A DNA stretch of 64,000 nucleotides from Candidatus Bathyarchaeia archaeon. GTDB taxonomy: Archaea > Thermoproteota > Bathyarchaeia > Bathyarchaeales > Bathycorpusculaceae. The notes under the pieces are model-generated. The model searched no databases and had not been told where the DNA came from. It saw only the letters and a program-made list of their open reading frames with translations. Position numbers and translations under genes: made by a program. Positions 7,531 through 15,535 of the stretch are shown here, in pieces; the first letter of the stretch is position 1; each line of letters starts with the position of its first letter. The stretch covers positions 1 through 64,000 of the forward strand of contig JAVZNE010000002.1 in the NCBI GenBank assembly GCA_038882975.1. Direction: 5' to 3'.

Positions 7531-8532
7531 CTAGCCGATGTCTTCTATGCCCCTCTCCGTTATCCTGATCGTCCGAGACTGTCTGGGCAGATAACTGGAA
7601 TCTATTAGCGTGGCTATGCTGACGTTTGGCTTGTCCGTTTCTTGCAGGTATATGCGGTTGTTGGCTCCATAAGCCATGACGTAGCCGCCTATAGGCGGCC
7701 TCAAAAACTCGGGTCTAGTAGTTGTGTACTGAGCTACGGGTGTTGCTTGAACCTGGTTTGTGACGAGCACAGCCATGTCATAAGCCCTTGCCAGTTTTAT
7801 TAGCAGGCCTATGGCGTAGTTCAGCTTCTGCTGCCTTGGGCATAACAGCTCGCGTCCAGGATACTCCCTTCTGAAAGGGGATACAAAGCTATCAATGGCC
7901 AAGTAGCGGACACCTTTTTCTTTGATGAACTTGTGGGCTGTTTCAAGGGTTGCTGTAAGGTCTGAGGATGAGGGAACCCTCCGCAGGTGAATGGGGCTTA
8001 TCGCCTCGTCTGGGTCAAGATCCCTCGCCTTTGCGATTTGGCGTATCCGGGTTACGCTTAGGGTGGCCTCCGTGTCCAAGATTAGAACGTCTCCGCCTAA
8101 GGCTTTAGGCGCTAAAACGGATGTTGTGTAGACAAGCTCTGTTTTGCCGCAGGCGTAGCTTCCACAAACCTCAGTTATCTCCTGAGTCCTTATACCGCCG
8201 CCCAAAATCTCGTCAAGAGCCCTTGCGCCCGTTGGAATTGTTTTGCGCCTAAGCTCTTCCTCGTAAAGCTCTTTGGCGGACATTATGCGAATGTCAAGTT
8301 TGCTTCGCGCCTCCCTTATGAGGGCTTCAGCCTTTTCGAGGGTAAAACCCATTTTCTCGCCGATTCTTTGGAAGAGGAAGTGGGGCACTTCAGCAGCAAT
8401 AGACTCTAAAGTATAATAGCCCGCCTCCTTAAGCAGAGCTGCAAACTCGGGCGTTACACCTTTAAGCTTTAGAAGGGGATCCCTAAACTCTTCGAACTCG
8501 CACCCGCTTATTTGGCTAACAACTTCACTCAA
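7531..8532 (-). CDS. RadA/Rad51 paralog (divergent)
   Basis: N-terminal HhH LKGVTP, LDEILGGG, Walker A GSYACGKT, DTE, Walker B LAIDS, RQQKLN, TNQV. Confidence 0.85.
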   Translation of the reverse strand: MSEVVSQISGCEFEEFRDPLLKLKGVTPEFAALLKEAGYYTLESIAAEVPHFLFQRIGEKMGFTLEKAEALIREARSKLDIRIMSAKELYEEELRRKTIPTGARALDEILGGGIRTQEITEVCGSYACGKTELVYTTSVLAPKALGGDVLILDTEATLSVTRIRQIAKARDLDPDEAISPIHLRRVPSSSDLTATLETAHKFIKEKGVRYLAIDSFVSPFRREYPGRELLCPRQQKLNYAIGLLIKLARAYDMAVLVTNQVQATPVAQYTTTRPEFLRPPIGGYVMAYGANNRIYLQETDKPNVSIATLIDSSYLPRQSRTIRITERGIEDIG

Positions 8533-8686
8533 CACTCTCCCCTCCTTTAAGCCTCTTTTCCAAAAACTCCTTAACGGCCATGCAAACAATGGAGCTTATC
8601 GACTTGCCTGTTTCACGGCTTAAATCCTCAATCCTCTCAAGATCTTCCTGCTCGATGGAGGCTGAAACCTTCACTTTGCGAGCCAA
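8525..8686 (-). CDS. CopG-like RHH protein, 53 aa (not in ORF track)
   Basis: MARKVKVSASIEQEDLERIEDLSRETGKSISSIVCMAVKEFL; GGAGG SD. Confidence 0.75.
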   Translation of the reverse strand: MARKVKVSASIEQEDLERIEDLSRETGKSISSIVCMAVKEFLEKRLKGGESVE

Positions 8687-8697
8687 AACTCCTCCTC

Positions 8698-8859
8698 CTA
8701 AACGCTCACGGAAACCATTTCAGTCAGGAAGCGTCGAATGTCGCAAAAGTTGAGTTTTGGATATCGGCTGCGAACCCACTCGGCAAGCCAGGCCAGCTCC
8801 TCGCGGATAAACTCGCGGTCTTCTACCGAAACCACGTCTGCGTATGATTTTCCGCTCAT
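8698..8859 (-). CDS. Hypothetical protein, 53 aa (not in ORF track)
   Basis: MSGKSYADVVSVEDREFIREELAWLAEWVRSRYPKLNFCDIRRFLTEMVSVSV; fills the operon gap. Confidence 0.55.
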   Translation of the reverse strand: MSGKSYADVVSVEDREFIREELAWLAEWVRSRYPKLNFCDIRRFLTEMVSVSV

Positions 8860-8862
8860 TTT

Positions 8863-9027
8863 TCAGTCCCTCTTTGCAAGGTTCTTCTCGAAATACTCGT
8901 TGATGATGAGCCGTAGAACCTCTGTGTTGTTTGTCAGGCCCTTGGCGCTTTTTATCCTTAGGAAGCGGGTTCTAACTTCGCCTTTCAGCTTCACGCGGAT
9001 GTCCAGGATGTTTTTGCCTTCAGACAT
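8863..9027 (-). CDS. RHH-like protein, family B copy 1
   Basis: LDIRVKLKGEVRTRFLRIK..KGLTNNTEVLRLIINEYF; paralogous to 9388-9588 and 9585-9758. Confidence 0.7.
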   Translation of the reverse strand: MSEGKNILDIRVKLKGEVRTRFLRIKSAKGLTNNTEVLRLIINEYFEKNLAKRD

Positions 9028-9033
9028 ATTTAT

Positions 9034-9110
9034 CCACACAATATAGTTTTTTGTGGCTTTTTGCAATATAAAACTTTTGATAGTTGCAAAAAGTGGAAAA
9101 ACTTATAAAC
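9034..9110. promoter_or_regulatory. Divergent promoter region with operator-like inverted repeats
   Basis: CTTTTTGCAA(9057-9066)-N17-TTGCAAAAAG(9084-9093) perfect IR flanking a minus-strand TTTTATAT box; CCACA/TGTGG IR at 9034-9056; plus-strand TTATAAA near 9103. Confidence 0.55.
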
Positions 9111-9145
9111 AAATAGCTTCAAATACATTATTGAAGGTGGAGCGT

Positions 9146-9292
9146 ATGGCAAGAAAGAGGGGAGTAACAGTATTCCTAGACCCAGAAGACCTCAAGTTCC
9201 TAAAGAAGAAGAACAGCGAAACCGGGCGCAGCCTTTCAACGCTAATTCGCGAAGCCGTAAAGAACTGGATTAGGATGGAGAAAGCGAAATGA
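9146..9292 (+). CDS. CopG-like RHH protein, paralog of 8525-8686
   Basis: MARKRGVTVFLDPEDLKFLKKKNSETGRSLSTLIREAVKNWI. Confidence 0.75.
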   Translation: MARKRGVTVFLDPEDLKFLKKKNSETGRSLSTLIREAVKNWIRMEKAK

Positions 9293-9387
9293 GCATAACG
9301 CTAAGAAGCCTTAAATATGGGGTGGGCTATACCTTGAAGGGCGTGTGTCAAATGTACACATTTTGCGACAAAATGGAGGAGTCTTAA

Positions 9388-9588
9388 ATGGCGAAGGGCT
9401 CAAAGGAAGGAGAAGTTTTAAAGGTTTACTTGAGGGCTGAGGGCGAAATAGCAGAACGCTTCCTAAAGATTAAGGAGCATTTGGGGCTCAAAAACTACAC
9501 TGAGGTTATCCGCGCATTAATAAACGATTACTGGAGAGAACACGAAGAGGAGATAAGGAAAAGCCTAAAATCATCAAAAAAGGGCTAA
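9388..9588 (+). CDS. RHH-like protein, family B copy 2
   Basis: LKVYLRAEGEIAERFLKIKEHLGLKNYTEVIRALINDYW; GGAGG SD. Confidence 0.7.
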   Translation: MAKGSKEGEVLKVYLRAEGEIAERFLKIKEHLGLKNYTEVIRALINDYWREHEEEIRKSLKSSKKG

Positions 9589-9758
9589 CATTTACCGCTC
9601 TTATTTCTGGCAAGCTTTTTCTCAAAGTATTCGTTGATTATGAGCCTAAGAACCTCTTCGTTTGCCAGCCCCTTAAACCTTTTAATCTCAAGGAATCTGT
9701 CTTTCACTTTCCCTTTCAAAGAAGCCTGTATTTCTAAAGCCTTGTTCTCCCCAGACAT
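9585..9758 (-). CDS. RHH-like protein, family B copy 3, 57 aa (not in ORF track)
   Basis: MSGENKALEIQASLKGKVKDRFLEIKRFKGLANEEVLRLIINEYFEKKLAR; shares EVLRLIINEYFEK with 8863-9027. Confidence 0.7.
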   Translation of the reverse strand: MSGENKALEIQASLKGKVKDRFLEIKRFKGLANEEVLRLIINEYFEKKLARNKSGKC

Positions 9759-9906
9759 TCCCTTTCACCGCCGTGGCATGCCAAAACAGGATACATGGAA
9801 GCCGCTAATTAAATTAATGAACAATTTTTTGTATGCTGAAGCTGAGGGTAAAACGTTTCTGCCTGCAGAAACGCCTATAAGCGCAAATTTTTCGGCCAGC
9901 CCATAT

Positions 9907-10191
9907 TTAAGTTGGATTTGCATTTTCATGTAAAAATTCAGCTCCAATAAGCCTTTCGGGCGTTGGTTTTTCTCGGGTGTTGTTCGGCGTGCAGAAGCGT
10001 TTTCTTGGGGTTAAAGCTATGACTAGGCAACTGCCTTTAACACTTATTTCAACGTCTAGATCCTGACCTATGAAGGGCTTGACCGTTTTATGGAATTTGC
10101 GTGGGATGTCCAGCGATAGGCGCTCATACTCGTAGGCGTATTTGCCGCCGAGATAACGTTTCCTCGATAGCCTGCGCTGAATCCTAACCAA
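9907..10191 (-). CDS. Basic hypothetical protein, possibly AbrB-like fold
   Basis: RLSLDIPRKF...GQDLDVEI..GSCLVI pattern. Confidence 0.45.
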   Translation of the reverse strand: MVRIQRRLSRKRYLGGKYAYEYERLSLDIPRKFHKTVKPFIGQDLDVEISVKGSCLVIALTPRKRFCTPNNTREKPTPERLIGAEFLHENANPT

Positions 10192-10212
10192 ACCTTCACC
10201 TCTAGAATCCGC

Positions 10213-11193
10213 CTATTCCTCCTTTTCTGCTTCCTCAATCTTTTCCTCAGGTGCGTCTTCTATGCCCTTTGCTGTTATGCGGAAAATGCATTCGCCCTCT
10301 GGCAGGCATGGTGAGTCGAAGACCCTTGCAATGCGTTTACCTTCGCCCTTAGCCCGCCTCAGCCAAACCCTCGTGGTGGATGCATGGGCTACGATGTTGC
10401 CTCCAGCCGGCCTGTCCGCGGCTTGGCCTCCCCATTGAGGCGTTGGATCCGACTGGGCTTGGTTCGTTACTACTACGGCTAGGTTTAGGATTTCAGCCAG
10501 GCGTAGTAGCTTGTGCATGTAAAGGTTTAGCTTCTGCTGTCGGTCGGCTAATGTTTCCCTTCCTAAGTATTCGCCTCTAAAATGGGATATGACCGAGTCC
10601 ACAACCACGAGTTTCACGTTTTCCTCTGCGCATTTTTCAAAAGCATTGTCCAGCAGGAACATTTGATGGTCTGATGTGTAAACCCTTGATAGTATTATGT
10701 TGTGGAGTGTTTGGCCTGGATCCAGCCCGTTTTCCGCCGCTATTTGGTAGACGCGGTTGGAGCTAAACGTTCCCTCAGTGTCAAAGTAAAGTACGGATCC
10801 GCCTAGGCCGCCCTGTTCTGGTTTGAGCTGTGCTGTAACGCAGAGCATTAGACAGAGTTGGGTTTTTCCGGAACCATACTGTCCCACAAGTTCTGTTATG
10901 GCCTGGGTTTCTATACCGCCGCCTAAAAGAGCGTCAAGGGCCTTGCTTCCAGTAGTGCATCTTAGGCGTTTTTTGGTCATTTCCCAATGTTCATAGGCTG
11001 TTATGAATCTGCAGCCTAAAAGCTCCCTTGCAGCCTCTACTATTCGTTGGGCTGCTTCAAGCTTCTCGTATCCAGCCTTCTCCTTAACCTCCCTTGCAGG
11101 AGTGACAGCCAAGGTTTCAACGTTTGGGAAGCCTGCGTCCCTAAGCCTTTTAGCTACTGATTTGCCCACGCCTGGAATCTTCTCTAACTCCAT
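10213..11193 (-). CDS. radA: DNA repair and recombination protein RadA (element copy)
   Basis: LEKIPGVG HhH, FITA polymerisation motif, GQYGSGKTQ, DTEGTF, VVVDS, RQQKLN, GGNIVAHASTTR. Confidence 0.85.
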   Translation of the reverse strand: MELEKIPGVGKSVAKRLRDAGFPNVETLAVTPAREVKEKAGYEKLEAAQRIVEAARELLGCRFITAYEHWEMTKKRLRCTTGSKALDALLGGGIETQAITELVGQYGSGKTQLCLMLCVTAQLKPEQGGLGGSVLYFDTEGTFSSNRVYQIAAENGLDPGQTLHNIILSRVYTSDHQMFLLDNAFEKCAEENVKLVVVDSVISHFRGEYLGRETLADRQQKLNLYMHKLLRLAEILNLAVVVTNQAQSDPTPQWGGQAADRPAGGNIVAHASTTRVWLRRAKGEGKRIARVFDSPCLPEGECIFRITAKGIEDAPEEKIEEAEKEE

Positions 11194-11378
11194 GATGTGT
11201 CCTCCCTTGAACGTGTGGATTCGCCCCATTCAATGTCTGTGTCTGCTATTTTGTTCCAGCAACGCCTGCAAATGGGCAGCCTATCACCCTTATAGAGTAT
11301 GAACACTTCAATGTCCGTGTTTCTGCATTTTCCATTCCACGGGTTCCTGCAATGCTCAGCCTTGGACACGTGCTCCAT
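11184..11378 (-). CDS. Small Cys-rich (Zn-finger-like) protein
   Basis: CRNPWNGKC...ICRRCW; start at ATG 11378 or GTG 11369. Confidence 0.55.
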   Translation of the reverse strand: MEHVSKAEHCRNPWNGKCRNTDIEVFILYKGDRLPICRRCWNKIADTDIEWGESTRSREDTSWS

Positions 11379-11619
11379 TCCTCCTTGTTGTTTTCCAGCC
11401 GTTACCATGCAAGCCGGATTTAGCAAACTCTTCAACCAGCTCGGTTTGGTGGTTTTGCAGGAACTCTTTAAGAGCCTCTTTCCGGCTTTGCCAGCTATAC
11501 TCATGGCTTGTAAATTTGCCCCAGTAATGCGGATATCTCCTATGAAGAAGTTCCAAGAGAAGCTTGCGCTGGAGAACCGACAAGCCCTCAAGCTCCAAAT
11601 TCAAAGCTTTAGAGAGCAT
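11356..11619 (-). CDS. Hypothetical protein
   Basis: 87-aa ORF leading the radA operon. Confidence 0.5.
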   Translation of the reverse strand: MLSKALNLELEGLSVLQRKLLLELLHRRYPHYWGKFTSHEYSWQSRKEALKEFLQNHQTELVEEFAKSGLHGNGWKTTRRNGARVQG

Positions 11620-11790
11620 TGGCGTTCAGCCTCCAACCGCAAACTATGCGGTTCATGGAAAAGCGTATAAAAAAGCAACGGCGAATAGACCCTTTCAAAC
11701 AGTGGAGAGAGTTGAGTTAAAGTGAAATAAAAGCCCAAAGAGTGCGTTAATCTTAAATCTGATACGCCTTAAACTTTAATGTGGGCTTTG

Positions 11791-12052
11791 TTGACTGAAA
11801 AACCCGAGGAAGAAAGGCTTCCAGTTTCAGAGAAAGTGAAAGTTTTGCGTTTTCAAACCTTGTTTAAGGGTGGGCGTTGGTGGGCTGCCGCAGGCCTATT
11901 CGAGTCTTTTGGTAGAAAACAAACACATAGCTCTATACTTATGGTTTAAGCGTGGAGACTCATGGAAGAGGCGTCAAAAATTTGTTTTCAGGTCTAGGGA
12001 GGAGTGGGAGAAGGCCAAAAAAGCCATTGAAAGCCTTGCAGCGGAGTTATAG
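11791..12052 (+). pseudogene. Frameshifted small protein, PC4/Whirly-like ssDNA-binding pattern
   Basis: N-half ...TLFKGGRWWAAAGLFESFGRK joins C-half HIALYLWFKRGDSWKRRQKFVFRSREEWEKAK across AAACAAAC at ~11917-11924. Confidence 0.5.
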
Positions 12053-12055
12053 GCG

Positions 12056-13939
12056 ATGCTGGCTGAGAAACGCTATGTCTGGCACCCTCTGTTAAAGGAG
12101 AAAGCCGTAGAAGATAGGCTTTACCAGAACAGGATTCTGGAAAGAGCCCGCAAATGCAACACGCTTGTTGTTTTGCCAACAGCCCTTGGAAAAACAGTCA
12201 TAGCCCTGCTATTGGCTATTGAGAAGGCTGAAGAGGGCAAAATATTCTTTTTAGCGCCTACCAGGCCCTTAGTCCAGCAGCACCACCAAACATTTCTGGA
12301 AAAAACATGGTTTGACGAAGCCGAACTAGCGCTTGTTACTGGGCGTTATCCGCCAAACCATAGAGCCGCCCTATATAATAGGGCTAAGGTTGTTTTTGCA
12401 ACTCCGCAGTGTGTTTGGAACGACTTGAAGAGCGGGCTTTTAAGGCTGGATAATGTTTCGCTTATAATTTTTGATGAGGCTCATAGGGCTAGGGGAAACT
12501 ACGCCTACGTGGGCATAGCCACATACTACTTTAGACAGTGCCGCAAACCCCTAGTTTTAGGCTTGACAGCCTCTCCAGGCGGAAGCGAAGAAAAAATAGC
12601 TGAAGTCTGCAGGAATTTGGGCATTATAGCCATAGAGCACCGAACAGACGAGGATAAGGACGTTAAGCCCTACATACAGCCCATAGAGGTTGAATGGCGC
12701 CGTGTGAAGCCTCCAGAACAGTATTTGGCTGTTAGGGACAAGCTTAGGCAGATGCTTGTTGAACGCGTTAAAGGGTTGCAGGCTCTTGGCGTTTTAACAG
12801 ACAAGCAGCCAGCCTTCATAACAAGGCGCGATTTAGTTGAGCTTAACGATGAGCTGCAGCGTAGGCTTGGAGGAGGGGAGGGCGGATACCTATACCAGCT
12901 TAAAGTGGAGGCCACAGCAGCCCTAAGCATAGCCCACATGATAGAGCTAATAGAATCGCAAGGTCCAGAAACCCTTGATGCCTTCATTGAGAAAAGCCTA
13001 AAACGCATGGCCATGGAGGGAAGCAGAGGCCACAAATCAATCTTAAACGATCCGCTTTTTATAGAGGCTAGAAAAGCGCTTAGAAGCTGTATGGCAACAC
13101 AAAACCCGAAGGTGAAAGAGCTCGTCAAAGTTTTGGAGGCTCAGCTTCAAGCCAAACCAGACTCGAGGCTAATAGTTTTCACGCAGTACCGCGACACGGT
13201 AAACACTCTTCTAAAAAACCTAAACAACAATTCTAGGCTTAAGGTTGAACGTTTCGTTGGTCAAGGCGAGAGGGAAGGCGACCCTGGAATGAACCAGGAA
13301 CAGCAGCGTGAAGTGCTTGAAAAGCTTAGAAGCGGAGAAACAAACGTTTTGGTGGCCACAAGCATAGCTGAGGAAGGCTTAGACATTCCGGAAGTGGACC
13401 ACGTTGTTTTTTATGAGCCTGTTCCGAGCGAGATACGCTACATACAGCGTAGGGGTAGAACAGGAAGACGAGTAGCAGGAAAAGTAACAATCTTAATAGC
13501 CGAAGACACTGTTGACGAGGCCTTCTACTGGTCAAGCATTTCAAGAGCAAGAAAAATGAAACGAATAATAAGCCAACTAAACAGGAAACTGCCAGAACTG
13601 CTAAAGGAGAAAGCCACGCCAACCATAACCCTACTGGACTACCAGCCCCAAACACGGCAAGCCCCAATAAACACCCAAACACTTCAAGCACAAGCAGAGG
13701 TGACTATGCCCAAAAAAGAGCTCTGGAAACCCCAAACAATACAGACGAAAGGCCTAAGCCAAGCCATGAAATGGCTCATGGAAAACCTTCCAAACCAAAC
13801 AATAACAATAGAAGAAGTCGTCCAACGGGCTTATGAGGAGGAAGGCCTGGAAAAGGCAGCGGTTGAAACAGCCATATGGCGCCTAACACAACAAGGCCAA
13901 ATATACCAGCCAGAACCAGGAAAGATAAGAAAACTGTAA
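12056..13939 (+). CDS. Hef/FANCM-like SF2 helicase lacking the ERCC4 nuclease domain, with C-terminal winged helix
   Basis: RLYQ, LPTALGKT, DEAHRA, TASPG, TSIAEEGLDIP, QRRGRTGR; C-terminus VETAIWRLTQQGQIYQPEPGKI. Confidence 0.85.
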   Translation: MLAEKRYVWHPLLKEKAVEDRLYQNRILERARKCNTLVVLPTALGKTVIALLLAIEKAEEGKIFFLAPTRPLVQQHHQTFLEKTWFDEAELALVTGRYPPNHRAALYNRAKVVFATPQCVWNDLKSGLLRLDNVSLIIFDEAHRARGNYAYVGIATYYFRQCRKPLVLGLTASPGGSEEKIAEVCRNLGIIAIEHRTDEDKDVKPYIQPIEVEWRRVKPPEQYLAVRDKLRQMLVERVKGLQALGVLTDKQPAFITRRDLVELNDELQRRLGGGEGGYLYQLKVEATAALSIAHMIELIESQGPETLDAFIEKSLKRMAMEGSRGHKSILNDPLFIEARKALRSCMATQNPKVKELVKVLEAQLQAKPDSRLIVFTQYRDTVNTLLKNLNNNSRLKVERFVGQGEREGDPGMNQEQQREVLEKLRSGETNVLVATSIAEEGLDIPEVDHVVFYEPVPSEIRYIQRRGRTGRRVAGKVTILIAEDTVDEAFYWSSISRARKMKRIISQLNRKLPELLKEKATPTITLLDYQPQTRQAPINTQTLQAQAEVTMPKKELWKPQTIQTKGLSQAMKWLMENLPNQTITIEEVVQRAYEEEGLEKAAVETAIWRLTQQGQIYQPEPGKIRKL

Positions 13940-13970
13940 AAAAGGATTCACTTAATTATTTAATTGCATA

Positions 13971-13982
13971 CCGCCCGGTCCA
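13971..13982 (+). repeat. Candidate attR: tRNA-Ala 3'-end fragment
   Basis: CCGCCCGGTCCA resembles the archaeal tRNA-Ala T-stem plus acceptor 3' strand (CCGGTCC-A with U70) and sits at the element/host junction; short match, partner copy not in window. Confidence 0.45.
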
Positions 13983-14074
13983 CTACTTCTCTAACATTTA
14001 AAAAAAGGCTTTTGACGCGTAAATTTTTTATATCCTTGGATGGATTATCCATCCAACAAAAAGGAGAAAACAAC

Positions 14075-15535
14075 TTGAGAGAAAAAATACTTGTATTACT
14101 TGCAATTGTCTGTTTTTGCACAATAGTGTATTGTCCTCAAGTAAAAATATGCGCCGCACAAGGCCTCGATTTCAAACTAGTGGATGTACTACTCGATTAT
14201 GGAAATGGAACACACGTGTGGGCCTCATGCATACTGCAATCCGGTGCCTACACCGTATACAATGCAACACGGCTGGTCGCATCATCTTTAAATGTCACAT
14301 GGTATGATGGTTTAGCCTTTGTGGGAGCCATAGATGGTGTTTGGAATAGTTATCCCTACTTTTGGATTTGGTGGTATTGGAACAGTTCTGAATCCCGGTG
14401 GGTTATGGGACCGGTGGCATGTAACCAGTATGTCCTTGAAGACTGCGACATAGTGGCATGGTACTATGAAGACTGTATCGGTTGGCCTCCTAGCCCTCCA
14501 CCAGATCCTCCCGTGACAAAAGTTGATGTTTTACTGGATTACGGAAATGGAACCATAACTTGGTATGAAAATTTAGAAGTGCTTGGCTTCGCTTCGGTTT
14601 TGAAAGCTACAAAGGCCGTTGCCACTGTGGAATATTCTTTGTGGGGCACCGACGTCTTTGTTGACGCCATAAACAACGTCTGGAACGACTACATCTCATT
14701 CGTCTACTTCTGGATTTACTGGTACTGGAACCACTCGGCTAAGTGCTGGGAGGTAGGAGCTGTTGCATGCAACAAGCACCTGCTTTCTAGTGGGGACATC
14801 ATAGCATGGTACTATGAAGACTGCACCACGTGGCCGTTGGCACCGCCAACTCTAACACCGCATCCTAAAGCCAGCTTCACATGGGCGCCCGATATTCCCA
14901 AGATTGGCCAAACTGTAACCTTTGACGCTTCAGCCTCAAAGCCTAACGGAGGCATTATAATTGACTATGCATGGAATTTTGGAGATGGAAGCGTAGCCCA
15001 TGGCAAAATTGTTGCCCATACTTACAATAGTCCAGGAACATATATTGTAACTCTAAATGTCACAGACAGCAACGGCCTATGGGACGTTGAACAGAAACAG
15101 ATAATGGTAGTTCAGCCTTACGGCCCTAAAGCGAACTTTGAGGCTTTCCCAGAAACCGCAAAGGTTGGAGAAAAAATAAAGTTTGATGCTTCAGCTTCCC
15201 TCTCGGGATGGAATGGAACACACACGATGCCGATAACAGAGTACCGTTGGAACTTCGGCGACGGAAACATAACAGTCACAAACCAGCCAATAATATACCA
15301 TAGTTATAGTGCGGCGGGAAACTATTACGTAACATTGACTGTTTACGCACCCGGCGCAATCCTAGATACAGATTCTGCAACGGTGAAAGTAACAGTGTTC
15401 GCGGTGCCTGTTGGAGGCCAATCGGTTTCCGCGGAAACACATGCCGCAGAAAAAGGCCTAGCGGTCTATCTGGTTTTGGTGGCGCTTATTACTGCCACTT
15501 TTGCAGTTTTAAAGCGCAAGTCCATAAGAAGATGA
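14075..15535 (+). CDS. Surface protein with two DUF4430 (transcobalamin C-terminal-like) domains, two PKD domains and a C-terminal TM anchor
   Basis: Signal peptide; duplicated VDVLLDYGNGT...AIxxV...WxWxYWN...WYYEDC; two WNFGDG PKD repeats; VPVGG..TM..KRK tail. Confidence 0.75.
   Translation: MREKILVLLAIVCFCTIVYCPQVKICAAQGLDFKLVDVLLDYGNGTHVWASCILQSGAYTVYNATRLVASSLNVTWYDGLAFVGAIDGVWNSYPYFWIWWYWNSSESRWVMGPVACNQYVLEDCDIVAWYYEDCIGWPPSPPPDPPVTKVDVLLDYGNGTITWYENLEVLGFASVLKATKAVATVEYSLWGTDVFVDAINNVWNDYISFVYFWIYWYWNHSAKCWEVGAVACNKHLLSSGDIIAWYYEDCTTWPLAPPTLTPHPKASFTWAPDIPKIGQTVTFDASASKPNGGIIIDYAWNFGDGSVAHGKIVAHTYNSPGTYIVTLNVTDSNGLWDVEQKQIMVVQPYGPKANFEAFPETAKVGEKIKFDASASLSGWNGTHTMPITEYRWNFGDGNITVTNQPIIYHSYSAAGNYYVTLTVYAPGAILDTDSATVKVTVFAVPVGGQSVSAETHAAEKGLAVYLVLVALITATFAVLKRKSIRR

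Larger units (their letters stand above)
1..13985. mobile_element. Right part of a probable integrated mobile element (provirus/ICE-like) carrying DNA repair and recombination genes; left end and integrase lie outside the window
   Basis: Dense small hypothetical ORFs, six RHH regulators, ParB, orphan MTase, extra RadA/Hef/ligase copies and frameshifted genes; ends at tRNA-Ala-3'-like CCGCCCGGTCCA (13971-13982), after which host-type genes begin. No integrase or capsid gene seen. Confidence 0.7.

Noticed and set aside
6785-7534. Plus-strand ORFs of 104-182 aa overlapping parB, and similar antisense ORFs elsewhere (e.g. 12670-13128, 23999-24547, 42049-42606, 59727-60227)
   Set aside because: Shadow frames of well-supported genes on the opposite strand, with no recognisable motifs.
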